In this document: piece by piece, positions 1 through 11,634 of the stretch
How positions within the stretch are numbered: the first letter of the stretch is position 1
Layout of the letters: every line of letters starts with the position of its first letter
NCBI RefSeq assembly: GCF_006345805.1
Contig: NC_043000.1
Location: forward strand, 101,370,001 to 101,434,000
Reading direction: 5' to 3'
Length of the DNA: 64,000 nt
Origin: Octopus sinensis
Taxonomy: Eukaryota
Program-made: the position numbers and the translations under genes
Notes under the pieces: model-generated
Seen by the model: the letters and a program-made list of their open reading frames with translations, nothing else
What the model was told of the DNA's origin: nothing
The model's database searches: none

Positions 1-3
1 CAA

Positions 4-47
<44 letters not shown>
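4..47. repeat. (CTAT)n microsatellite
   Basis: Perfect tetranucleotide run; its reverse complement (GATA)n lies at 271-335. Confidence 0.95.
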
Positions 48-269
48 TTATAAATCTATCTATTTATCTATTTCATTACATCCTCTGTGATGCATCTGGA
101 CAAATCATCAGTAATGTCCCCTGGGGCCTTTGGGTGTTTCAGATCTTTCAACTGTCTAACATAATCACCGCAAGCAACCCAACCAGGGTTGATCAATCAT
201 CAGCTTGTGACTGTAGTCTAGTTAACTCTACACTTGGCCTTTGTAACACAAACTACATAATATATATAT

Positions 270-270
<1 letters not shown>

Positions 271-335
<65 letters not shown>
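271..335. repeat. (GATA)n microsatellite
   Basis: Perfect tetranucleotide run following (TA)n. Confidence 0.95.
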
Positions 336-336
<1 letters not shown>

Positions 337-827
337 TACACATATATACATATACGAATGTAAATGTATCTAGGTCAGTCTGTATTTGTGTGTACCAATG
401 TAATTTTGTAATAATATTTACTAAGGTAACTACTTTATTTGATTAACAGAGATCAAATGAATAATTAACAGTTGAAGAATGGGGTGAGAGTGGGGAGCAA
501 CATGATTGATTTCCTAATACCATTCAAAGTGTTGATTGCACTAATATGGCTAGAATCCAATGGTTGCAACCAGTAAAAAGATATAGGGTGTTAATTTAAA
601 GACAAGTATACTTGTTCTTGTAAATATGTAGTTCAGTTTTTTTTTTATATTATATATATTTGTATGAATTCAGTCATGGTCAAATGGTTAAGAAGTTTGC
701 TTTGTAATCAAAGAAGTCCAGGTTCAATCCTGCAGTGTAGCATCTTGTGCATGGGTCTTTCAGCATGATCTTAAGTCAATCATCCAAACCTGATGAATGA
801 AATTGAATAGACTTTGGATTGGTGCTG

Positions 828-975
828 GTATGGCCGAGTGTTTAAGAAGCTTGCTTCATAACCATGTTGTCTTGGGTGCCATACCACTGCACTGCACCTT
901 GGGAAAGTGTCTTCTGCTATAGCCTCAGGCTGACCAAAGCCTTGCAAGTGGATTTCATAGATGGAAACTAAAGAT
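828..975 (+). mobile_element. tRNA-headed SINE family A, 5' part (a more decayed head at ~676-780)
   Basis: Matches the fuller copies at 36793 and 52297 (caccttgggaaagtgtcttctgctatagcctcaggctgaccaaagccttg...ggaaactaaaga). Confidence 0.8.
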
Positions 976-986
976 ATATACATATA

Positions 987-1842
987 TGATCAATAAATAT
1001 CCGGACTGTTGCCATAGTAATGAAGCTAAAGCACACAGAGTAAAGTCAATTGGCACAGATTGACCTTGAACTCTGCTATGCTTGTGCACTAAGTTTTAAT
1101 GCTCTAACTTCCGTTTTTTACAGCAGTGCTTGGAAGGAAGGTGTGTAGCGAGTAATCTTTGCATTGACTATGACAGAGAAAGTTGACCAGAGAATCTGCA
1201 TCAAATTTTGCCAAAAGCTTGGTGATTCCTGCTCGGAGACTTATGTAAAATGTTCAAAAAGTTTTCATTGTTCTCAACATAATCAGGGAGAACTTGTGCA
1301 ACTGAAAGCGGTTTTGGCACAAACTTGGCAGACACACATCTCATACCCAAGTCTTCAGTGATAATGGACTGAACTAAGCCGTAATTAATCTGCACATCCT
1401 CTGATAACTTACAGATGGGGATTTGATGATTTCTTCTTACAGCTGCATGCACATCTGCAATGTTTTTCTCAGTTCTGCTGGTTGCAGGTCTCCCAGGAAT
1501 TTCGTCAATATTGACATTTTTTTTAACATCTTGGAAACGTCTGAACCACTTGTACACTGGTGTGCAGCTCAAACACTCCTCTCCATACACTTTCTGCAAC
1601 TTTGCATTGGCCTCTGAGCAGGTATCGCTATGACAAGTTTCTCTGTCATGGTCAATGCAACAGTCGCACACTACACACCTTCCTACAAAGCACTGCTGTA
1701 AACAGTGGAAGTGAGCTAGGATGATAAAACTTAATGCACATATACATTAAAGTTCAAGGTCAATTGTTGCCAAGTGGCTTCTCTTTGTGTGCTTTAGCTT
1801 TGTTACTATGGCAACTGTCCACATACTTGTTGATCAGACCTC

Positions 1843-1843
<1 letters not shown>
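987..1843. mobile_element. Fold-back mariner derivative made of two inverted 5' arms
   Basis: 987-~1250 is the reverse complement of ~1600-1843. The + ORF 1164 (MTEKVDQRICIKFCQKLG) and the - ORF 1201-1671 (VYKWFRRFQD...GRP...VSAKFVPK...ENFLNI) are both mariner transposase N-termini. No DDD domain. TA follows the right end. Confidence 0.85.
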
Positions 1844-1877
<34 letters not shown>

Positions 1878-1884
1878 AGCTACT

Positions 1885-2529
1885 AATAGTTTCTTGCTGT
1901 GAAAGCACGTGGTTAGGAAAGACTTTATAACATGCCTTGTGTTTCCAAGCTGTTTTTAGGCTCTGGGCACTTAGTTCATTATGTTTGAAAATCAGGACAC
2001 TGGTACATGAGAAGCCATGAGAAAAAATAAATAGGCAGGTGAAAAAGTGGAAGGGTAAATAAAAACGGAAAAAGAAAAGAAGGAAAATTAGAGTTAAGTC
2101 CCCTTTGACCATATAAATTATAACTTAACTAGTTTGAGAATAATTCAATGGAGAATGATTCAACAGAGATATCTGTCCATATGTTTGTCTGCATATGGAA
2201 CTCGAGGATACTACCCACTCCGACTGGAGAAGCTGTTATACAGACTTTGGAACACCACTCTCCACTGAAATATTCTACAGCAACAAGTTTAATTATGAGT
2301 TCAGCAATCAAAGGGGACGTAACTCTAATTTTCTTTTCTTTTTTTTTGTGGTTTTTTCAGCCCTTCCAGTTTTTGCATAAAACTTCACAGCTTTTGTTGC
2401 TTCTCATGTCACAATATCTTGATTTCTAAATAAAACAGACCATGTGCTCAGAGCCTGAAGATTGCTCAGAGAGACACAGTACTTTATAAAATCCTGCCTA
2501 ACCATGTATCTTCATATCAAGAAACTATT
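1885..2529. mobile_element. Old ~645-bp fold-back/MITE-like palindrome
   Basis: Arms align in inverted orientation: aatagtttcttg/caagaaactatt at the ends, aaaattagagttaagtcccctttga/tcaaaggggacgtaactctaatttt internally. Centre near 2207. Confidence 0.75.
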
Positions 2530-2666
2530 CAAAGCTTTTACCTTTATACTGTGTACATTAAATGATATTTATCTCTCACTAGATACGGTGGATTTTTTAT
2601 TTTGTTGATCTTACTTTAATGGAAAAGTAATTGGTCTGTCTGTTTCATTCTCTCACTCTCTCTCTT

Positions 2667-2718
<52 letters not shown>

Positions 2719-2954
2719 CACACACACATACACATACACATGCCACATAGATACATATGTATTTGTGCATAAGTATATGTATATAATTATATAAGTATAT
2801 ATATACATACATATATGTATGCATATACATATATACACACACACACACACACGTATATATATGTTTTTAAGTTACAAAACAATTTGTCATGAAATTGGAA
2901 TTTTCTTATATTTTGGATAAAATTTCATTCAACTAATTCTCTGTCGTTTGTGAC

Positions 2955-2989
<35 letters not shown>

Positions 2990-3017
2990 TGTATGTATGT
3001 ATGTATGTACGTACGTA

Positions 3018-3989
3018 CGAGGGTAATCCCAAAAGTAAGGTCTCCAAAAATATTTAGATATCACAGAAACATTTATTGTCAATGATATTTACATTATTTT
3101 AAAGTTTGAACATCTATTTTTCTACATAATTGTCATTCCGGTCAATATATTTTTGTAGGCGCTGGGGCAGTTTTTATATGCTCATGTCAAACCAGCTCAC
3201 CACCATGTCATTGAGGAAGCGTTGTACCTCATCTTTCATCTCATTGTTGCTGAAACATGTTCCAGCCAAATGTTCTATCAACTTAGGGAACAGGTGGTAG
3301 TCATTGGGTGCCAAGTCCAGACTATAAGGTGGGTTGCCGATTATGGTCTTCTGTGAGCATTCGTGAGACCTATCTTGTGCACACCTTCCGATATTGCAAC
3401 TTTTCACTCAAAACCCTATGGATGGTTCTTTGGGAGACCTCAAGAACTAAAATGCGGAGATCATCCAGAGTGATCAGCTGATTTTCACCATAGAATCTGC
3501 ATCAAATTTTGCCAAAAGCTTGGTGATACCTGATCGGAGACTTATGCAAAATGTTCAAAAAATTTTCATTGTTCTCAACACAATCAGGGAGAACTTGTGC
3601 AACTGAAAGCAGTTTTGGCACAAACTTGGCAGACACACATCTGATACAGCTGATTGTCTCATTGGAAATTTATGGTTGCCTGCTTCTTTCTTCATCATGA
3701 ATTTCAGCACAACCAGTTGCATACACACCCTACACCACTTGCAGAGGTTTTTGACCTCTCTGTAGGACTCGCCATACACTTGCATTAAATGGTGATGAAT
3801 TTCAATTGGTTTAATGCCTTTTGCATTCAAAAACAGAACAACTGCGCAAACTTCACACTTGGCAGTGAGGCATGTGCTGGGTCAGTTGTAGGTGCATGCA
3901 CAAGAAACACAACCATGTTGCCAATAGCTGTGCGCACAGTTTCCCTGTGTTCCCAGTGCTTTAGAGGCCTTAATTTTGGGATTACCTTC

Positions 3990-3990
<1 letters not shown>
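3018..3990 (-). mobile_element. Internally deleted mariner element
   Basis: TIRs cgagggtaatcccaaaagtaagg / ccttaattttgggattaccttca with TA on both sides. ORF 3555-3830 is the N-terminal HTH; ORF 3174-3407 carries PPYSLDLAPNDYHLF. The first two catalytic Asp regions are deleted. Confidence 0.9.
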
Positions 3991-4023
<33 letters not shown>

Positions 4024-4029
4024 ATGTAT

Positions 4030-4080
<51 letters not shown>

Positions 4081-4165
4081 TGAGGGAATATTATTCAAAA
4101 CTTACAGGGAAAAATTCAATTTAGAAATACTAAATCAAATTTCATAAAATATAATATATATATAA

Positions 4166-4416
4166 ATAAATTAGAAAAAACTCACCTTTCATTAATTCAA
4201 TAATGAAAAATTAAATTATACCATTTAGAAAAATTACATATTATAGAAAGATTAAATATAAAATAAAACATATAACAATGATTAGGTAATATGCAAAATA
4301 GTAAATAAAACATATATATTTGGTATATATACCAAATATATATGTAATTTTTCTAAATGGTATAATTTAATTTTTCATCATTGAATTGATAAAAGGTGTT
4401 TTTTTCTCTAATTTAT
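4166..4416. repeat. ~76-bp inverted repeat overlapping a perfect 36-bp palindrome (4310-4345)
   Basis: Arms 4166-4241 and 4340-4416; acatatatatttggtatatataccaaatatatatgt is self-complementary. Confidence 0.85.
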
Positions 4417-4499
4417 ATATATGTGTGTGTGTGTGTGTGTGTGAGGACACTCAAACATATGTGTTTGAGTGTCCTCTTCTTTTAATATAATGAGTATAT

Positions 4500-4768
4500 G
4501 TACCTATGTGTTTGAATGTACTCTTGGTTTGATATCATGAGTTGATTGAAAAAGGGCATAACCATACTACTGATAATGTTGTTTGTTCCCTGTCTTCTAT
4601 AGTGAAGTATTACCTTGCTTGGAAACAGGGGCGGGGCTAATAACAGGAAGGGCATGTGGCCATAGAAAATCTATTTCCACAAACTACATCTGACCCATGC
4701 AAGCATGGAAAAGTGGATGTTAAATGATGCTGCTTCTGCCGCTGCTGTTGATGATGATGATGATGATG
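4500..4768 (+). mobile_element. 3' half of RTE-tailed SINE
   Basis: ggaagggcatgtggccatagaaa...ccatgcaagcatggaaaagtggatgttaaatgatg...(GAT)n, the same tail as the RTE LINE; body resembles 52761-53158. Confidence 0.7.
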
Positions 4769-5174
4769 GTATTGATAAACTGTGTGGAATGCCTTTGGAT
4801 GCATTGAACTTGAAATTCTCAGAACAATTCTTATCACTTATCATGCCATCTTGATTATGTCCAAAAATTACTTTACATATACATGTGGGTGTGGAATACA
4901 CAGCCATATTAGATGCTAATTCCATGAGTGGGCTGCTCTATTAGTTTCACTATTGGAATTCACATCATCAAAACTGACGGTGAGCTATTAAATGTTTATA
5001 TATGATGCCTTGTCATATATTTTAGTTTACTAAAATGTGGTGTATATTTACATTATCAATCATATCTTTCTAGCTTTCATTCTATCTTTTTGTTATTACA
5101 CTACTTTAGCTCTCTAAATGCATCTCTCACTCCCTCTCTCACCCTCTCCCTCTCCATTTGTTTTCTGTGAAACC

Positions 5175-5523
5175 AATGACATATAAATACATACCTACAT
5201 ATATATATAGATATAGATATAGATATAGATATAGGTATAGATATATAAATGTATACATATATATATATATATAATATATATATATATATATAATATATAT
5301 AAATGTATATATATTATATATATATATATATAAATGTATATATATATGTGGGTGTATGTGTGTGTATATATATATAAATACATGTATACATATATATAAT
5401 ATAAATGTATGTGTGTTTATATGTGTATATATATGTATATATGTGAGTATATGTGTATATATATATCTGCATATATATATATATATGTGTATGTATACAT
5501 ATATGTATATGTAAGTATGCATG

Positions 5524-5556
<33 letters not shown>

Positions 5557-5700
5557 TATATATATACATATATATGTGTGTGTGTATATATATATGTATA
5601 TGTGTATGTGTGTGTATATATATGCATATATATATGTTTATATATATGTATATACATGTGTATATATGTATGCGTATATATGTATATATATGTATATATA
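5175..5700. repeat. Compound (TA)n/(TG)n low-complexity tract
   Basis: Source of the spurious YI/CV-rich ORFs. Similar tracts at 5905-6080, 9940-10410, 22415-22870, 37770-38215 and 48760-49220. Confidence 0.95.
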
Positions 5701-5797
5701 ACGGGAAGCTTTATGAAAATAAACAAAAGACGAAGGCAGGTGGAAAACAAACGAACAATTGTATTAGTATGGCGCTCAGGAAATATAAATAAAACAA

Positions 5798-5836
5798 GTC
5801 TTTAACGTTTCGAGCCTACGCTCTTCAACAGAAAGA
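5798..5836 (-). ncRNA. Minimal type-I hammerhead ribozyme motif with A6U variant core
   Basis: Minus strand: tcttt CTGTTGA a GAGC gtag GCTC GAAA CG TT aaaga. Stem I tcttt/aaaga, perfect stem II, minimal CG stem III. Confidence 0.65.
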
Positions 5837-6654
5837 TACACAGAGAGAGAAAAACACAGAAAGAAGGAGAGAAAAAAAATGCGTGCAGTAGCTAACGAAT
5901 CAACTATATATGTGTGTATATATGTGTGTATATATATATGTATGTGTGTGTGTATATATATATATGTATGTATATGTATGTGTATATATATATATGTGTA
6001 TATAAATATATATATAAGTATATGTATATCTATGTACGTATATATATTTATTTACACATACATACATACACACACACAAATGGCATGTTGCTAAGTACTG
6101 CATGTCGTATATCTGTATAGCATGTAGCTGTGTGCTGTGTGTCTTCTATATGTATAACATACACACAGTACATAGATATATGGAATATTTCTATAAGCAT
6201 TTACATGTCCACACGAACATGCCACATATGCACTCACCCCCCACCCCCCCACACACACACACGTGCACACACTCACACACACAGACTGAAAGATTTAAAC
6301 ATTTATCACATATTTGTCATAGAATGAAACATGAAAATTAAAACATCGAGCAGCATGCTACAACAATGATATCAACAACAGCAACAACAATAGCAATGGC
6401 AAACCATAATTTAAACTATGTGACTAAACAATTGCATCGTTTTACTGTTAGATGCTAGCATTGTGTTGTCTAAGCAGTTATGTTTTCCCTTAAATCTTCA
6501 CAGACTGTCTCATACTGTTCACATTTATTACATCAATACATAGATATTATACATAATGAATGTTGATACAGTATTGTTAATAGAATGACAGTATGCAGCT
6601 GCAACTCAAAACAGTATGTCAACCAGTTTGTGATTGGTTTTCAAAAGATTGATT

Positions 6655-6850
6655 GTCTCATAGTGAGATATCGGAGATGAATGTGGGAGATATGAAAAAG
6701 TTTGAAATGAATGAGGCGAGTATACTCTATTGGATGTGGCGATATAAACATGCATGAATGGCAGAGTTCAAATATGCCGAGGTAAACAATGAACACCGGC
6801 AGTATCTTTAATAGTGCACAAAAGCAATGACTGCCATTGTATGGGGCACA
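6655..6850 (+). mobile_element. Decayed RTE ORF2 C-terminal fragment
   Basis: DMKKFEMNEASILYWM resembles EDMRKLVRNEASMLRWM of ORF 31002-31247. Confidence 0.5.
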
Positions 6851-7235
6851 CTTTTACTCTTTTGCTCTTTTACTTGTTTCAGTCATTTGACTGTGGCCAT
6901 GCTGGAGCACCACCTTTAGTTGAGCAAATCGCTCCCAGGACTTACTCGTTGTAAGCCTAGTACTTATTCTATCGTTAAACACACCAGCATCAGTTGTCAA
7001 ACGATATTGGGGGGACAAACATGGACACACAAACATATACACATACATATATATATATATATACATATATACGACGGGCTTCTTTCAGTTTCCATCTACC
7101 AAATCCACTCACAAGGCTTTGGTCGACCCGAGGCTATAGTAGAAGACACTTGCTCAAAGTGCCACATAGTGGGACTGAACCCAGAGCCATGTGGTTCGCA
7201 AGCAAGTTACTTACCACACAGCCATTCCTACACCT
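6851..7235 (-). mobile_element. SINE family A, near full length
   Basis: tRNA-like head, CORE-like segment, internal (TA/TG) microsatellite, tail tgactgaaacaagtaaaagagcaaaagagtaaaag. Confidence 0.9.
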
Positions 7236-7807
7236 AGAGAAAGGTGTGTAAGCCAGGTTGTGGTTTGCAGTAGATATCACAGAAAGTTGTTTTAGACATA
7301 AGGGTTTTAATCATTGTGGTACTCTTTGCATTGCTATTGAGGTTTTGCCTTTTCTTTGGGTTCCCTGAGTAAAATTATTTGCAATTTTTCATAGACATTG
7401 TATATTCTCAGTGCTTTTAGTGTCTAGTCATGGCAGAGGATGTCACATACTTACTTGATGCTGTTAAGGAATTTTTTCTATTACTTGCTGAGTTTGGAGA
7501 AAGTGGTTAGTATTCATAACCTTCACAGGCCCTTTGATAGCAGAGAGGTTGAAACCATTTAGACCATTCCAGGTTAGCACCTGTAGGAAAAAAATGATTA
7601 AAGAAATTATTCTAGAGGGTCATTATTCTGGAGAGGAAGGATTGGAATAGAGGTTATTGTGAGTGTTGAAGGGATCAGATGCAATAAGTGTGACAAAAGG
7701 TGTGGGATACCTGACTGAAACCCAGAACTGTGTTATAGTGCACTAACTCAGTTCTTATTTACATTATTTACATTTGGCGGATATTTGTCCTCATCCTATA
7801 TGTTGTT

Positions 7808-7853
7808 AACACAATGTTTCAGCTGATATACCCTCCAGCCTCCATCAGGTGTC
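7808..7853 (-). ncRNA. Minimal type-I hammerhead motif (left arm, decayed)
   Basis: gacac CTGATGG a ggctg gagggtatat cagct GAAA ca tt gtgtt. Confidence 0.7.
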
Positions 7854-8056
7854 TTGGGGAAATTTCAAACCTGGGTTCTCATTCCTAAGGTATTTTTCGA
7901 TGTTATTATTATCATTATTATTATTATTATTCAGGTCACTGCTTGGATTTGAACTCATTATCTTGGGGTTAGTAACCCACACTCTTAACCACTACGCCAT
8001 ATGCCCACAGGCATATGGTGTAGTGATTCCGAGTTCAATTCCAAGGAATAACCTGA

Positions 8057-8087
<31 letters not shown>

Positions 8088-8151
8088 TAATAGTAATAAT
8101 AACATCGAAAAATATCTTAGGAAAGAGAACCCAGGTTCAAAATTTCCCCAG

Positions 8152-8197
8152 AACACCTGATGAAGGCTGGAGGGTATATCAGCCAAAATGTTGTGTT
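8152..8197 (+). ncRNA. Minimal type-I hammerhead motif (right arm, decayed)
   Basis: aacac CTGATGA a ggctg gagggtatat cagcc aAAA tg tt gtgtt; the two-arm consensus restores CUGAUGA...GAAACGUU. Confidence 0.75.
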
Positions 8198-8990
8198 AAC
8201 AACAAACAAGATGAGGACAAATATCCATCAACTGTAAATAATGTACATAATTCTTCATCTCTTAAATATAGAACTGTAATTCAGTTCTGTTCTGACTAAA
8301 TATCGAACTGAGTTTGGTGACTTTGCCTTGTTTAGTAAATGTATTTGTATTTTGTTAATTTGTACCAATTATAGTTCTTTTAATTTGCATAATGCTTTGT
8401 CTTGTATATGGACTTTTGGGTTCTGCTTTAATCAGCTTGTATTTTTCAGTATATATTGCTCACATATTCACTCCAATATGAGTTGGCATTTGGGTGGCAT
8501 TCGAGTAATGTAATAATTCTGTATTAAAACATAACAAACTGAAAAACAGGGACCATTTTAGTAGCAAATTCAAAGTAAAAACTGAAATGCTAGTAAGCTT
8601 GGGATGAAATGCATCAGTAATATCTAGTCAAAAGCATACTTCTTAGAAAGAATTCAATAATTTCATTTGCCATGAAGAATGGAAACTGTTTTGAGTCTTG
8701 ACCTTTTTGTTCGTATGATTTGAGAAGGTAACTTTAATTTACCATACTGGCTTTATAGTATGAAACAAAAGTGCAACTGGTGCAGGAGAGTCAGCTGATC
8801 AGTAGTTTGTTTACACCTATGAGCATGTTGTCTCTTAATTTTCTTCTTCTGATGTAATTCTATATCAAGTTTTGCAGATATACATTGTTATTGTTACTAA
8901 AGAGAGCTGTTTGCTGTCCATGTTATGATGCTCTGTAACACCATAATGGAACTACCACTTACAAGTAGTAACAACCATGATTATATATAG

Positions 8991-9207
8991 TTCTTTATTG
9001 CCCACAGGGGGCTAAACATAGAGGGGACAAACAAAGGGTTTAAGTCGATTACACCGACCCCAGTGCGTAACTGGTACTTACTTAATCGACCCTGAAAGGA
9101 TAAAGGCAAAGTCGACTTTGGCAGAGTTTGAACTCAGAATGTAATGGCAGATGAAATACTGCTAAGCATTTCGCCCGGCATGCTAACAATTCTGCCAGCT
9201 CACCACC
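8991..9207 (-). mobile_element. tRNA-headed SINE family B
   Basis: Minus strand ggtgagctggcagaattgttagcatgccgggcgaaatgc...gagttcaaactctgccaaagtcgactttgcc; homologous to 15350, 15519, 24125, 41303 and 42224. Confidence 0.85.
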
Positions 9208-9231
9208 CTAACCATGATTATATATTTACAA

Positions 9232-9555
9232 GGGTAAAAACCGCCTTTGGTCATAAACAACCATGGAATTTCACCTAGAAAGTTACCCTCGGAGGCACAA
9301 GTCCAAGCAAGGTTGTTTATGGAAAACCAGCAATCATACATACATACCAGCCTCCTCTCTCTGATGAGAAAGGCAAAGGCTAATACAGCTTGGCACCAAT
9401 GATGTTGCAACTCATTTCTACAGCTGAGTGAACTAGACCAACATGAAATAAAGTATCTTGCTCAAGAACACAAGACACGGCCCGGTCTTGGAATTGAACT
9501 CACTACCTCGTGATTAAAAGTCTGAAGCTCTAGCCATTGAGCCATCTGCCTTCAC
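9232..9555 (-). mobile_element. SINE family C with tRNA-Lys-like head
   Basis: Head tggctcaatggctagagcttcagacttttaatcacgaggtagtgagttcaattcc has a tRNA-Lys(UUU)-like anticodon arm. Central part shared with 17726-18013; the 3' end recurs at ~63668-63700. Confidence 0.75.
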
Positions 9556-9939
9556 AAGACATAGGTTATTTTTCTGGAACAATGTTTGAGAGGGTAGGGG
9601 TCAGGGGAAGATTGCACTATATAAACCATCAAAATATAGTAATTTAAAAGGTCTTACTCCCAAGAACATAAAAGCTGCCAATGATGAAAAATCAAAAAAT
9701 AAACAGACATATTGGTTTACATTTGTTTCTTGAAAAAAAGAAAAATCTTTACTACTTAAAAAACTAAAGAACATGATAAAAAGCAAACTTTCTTTATTTA
9801 CCAGATTATTATTAAAGTTTATCTGTAACAAGGAAAGAAAAAACAAAGAAGGCTAAAAATATTTTCGTTATGAAATGATATTATCATTACACAAACAGTT
9901 TGATGGACAAAGTATGGCTTACTTCACTTACTTCAACAT

Positions 9940-9980
<41 letters not shown>

Positions 9981-10315
9981 ATGTGTGTGTGCGTGTGTGT
10001 GTTTGAATATATGTATATATATATATGTATACATATATAAATATGTGTATATATATATATATCACACACACATATACATACATATATGCATACATACACA
10101 TATATATATATGCATACATACATATATATATATGCATATATATATACATATATATAAATATGCATATATATATATATTCATATGCATATATATATACATA
10201 TATATATATATGTATAGATACATATATATACATATATATGTATAGATAATATATATATATATTTATATTTATATATATATATAAATATATGTATATATGT
10301 ATCGATATATACACA

Positions 10316-10357
<42 letters not shown>

Positions 10358-11059
10358 TATATATATATATATATATATATCCCAATGTTGTTACATACAC
10401 ACACACACACTTCAGCTAACAAATATATGTATCTTTGTATATGGAATCTTTGATACTAAGTACATACCTTTTCCAAAATGTACTAAACACAACCTCACTA
10501 GTTTAATTTGTCACCTTTTTCAAAAAGCAAGAGGTCACACAGTGGAAAGTATTTGTTTGCCATTACAGGAAATTAATTTATAGTTTTGGATAGCATCCTT
10601 CATTCAAAATAGAGAATAGGTTTTAAATTTTTCTTTCAAATGTTGCTCCAAAAGTTGTTATGAAAATTAACCAGTGGACATTATCTTTTGTTTTATGTGT
10701 GTCTGTGAGTGTGTGTAATACATCTATATAGCTACATGTATGAATTGTGTGTGTGTATACATGAATAATTATGTGTATGCATGCATACGTGTGTGTGTAA
10801 AATTTTCACCCCCTCGCCATTTCTTAACTTAGCAGGATATGTACATATTTATTACACACTTAGCACTATGAAATTATAGTTCCTAAGATTTAATAGAGAA
10901 GAATGGATGGGTATGTTACTGTAAACAGTTAGCACCCTTATCCCGAATATTAAAATTGCGGGTTCATTTCCAGCATGTACTCATTTTTTCCATCGTGGAA
11001 TATCAAATTATTTTCCATGAACAATATGTACTGTGAAGCCTAATATATATATATTATAT

Positions 11060-11116
<57 letters not shown>

Positions 11117-11634
11117 AAAGAAGGAAAATGCACACGCTTGACATAGTTTTAATATATTTTATATTGTGTTTGTCAACAGGTTTTGCTTTTGCTAATCATG
11201 ACATTGAAATTATAGTAATTTCATATTTTCTTAAGAAGGTTTTTAGTCCATGTTGTGTATGGAGAATTTTATGAATGAAAGATTCAAAAAGTAGAAAAAT
11301 CCAAAGGGAAGTAATTGGTGATCATTATTATTGGGGCAGAGGAAGTAATTGTTCATTTTCCGAAAGGGGGTAAAGAAATATAAAAGTTAAAATAGTAAGA
11401 TGAAATATGTACAATGATGGGTATATGATCATGAATTAAAATACACACTAATATCAAACTTGGAGAGGTTCACAATTAAAACTAACTTCAGTTGTGCTTC
11501 TGAGAATCTAATTTATGTTATGACTTGCTCAGGTTGTGGACATAACTATATCGAACAGGCGAGTATGACACTGTGATGGAGAACCACACTCCATAAGGAA
11601 TAGATCAGGTTCCCACAATACAGATTCCTTTCAG

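Larger units (their letters stand above)
7749..8276. mobile_element. Palindromic dimer of a tRNA-head + (AAT)n + hammerhead element
   Basis: 7749-8006 is the reverse complement of 8010-8276. Left arm (- strand) has A box TGGCGTAGTGG (7989-7999) and B box GTTCAAATCC (7945-7954). The right head has lost ~30 nt between the boxes. Confidence 0.9.

Noticed and set aside
4-335. (CTAT)n and (GATA)n flanking 220 bp as possible element ends, with ctgatga...gaaa on the minus strand at ~71-110
   Set aside because: These microsatellites are common, stem II pairs poorly, and no stem I partner exists.
5139-6120. Long ORFs rich in YI/CV/HT (also near 9887, 22382, 37769, 48785 and 60944)
   Set aside because: They are translations of (TA)n, (TG)n and (CA)n tracts that lack stop codons; they overlap on both strands and show no domain.
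7932-8006. Possible tRNA gene (likewise heads at ~9480-9555, 17726 and 50225-50298)
   Set aside because: A and B boxes are present but acceptor and T stems do not close, and each runs into a repeat body; these are SINE heads.
9625-9680. LKGLTPKNIKA, a mariner-like N-terminal word
   Set aside because: Too short, and no TIR was found.
11171-11203. Hammerhead-like tgtc atgatta gc aaaa gc aaaa cctg tt gaca (-); also 48203-48243 (-)
   Set aside because: Three or more core substitutions are needed; kept only as weak support in the census, not as features.
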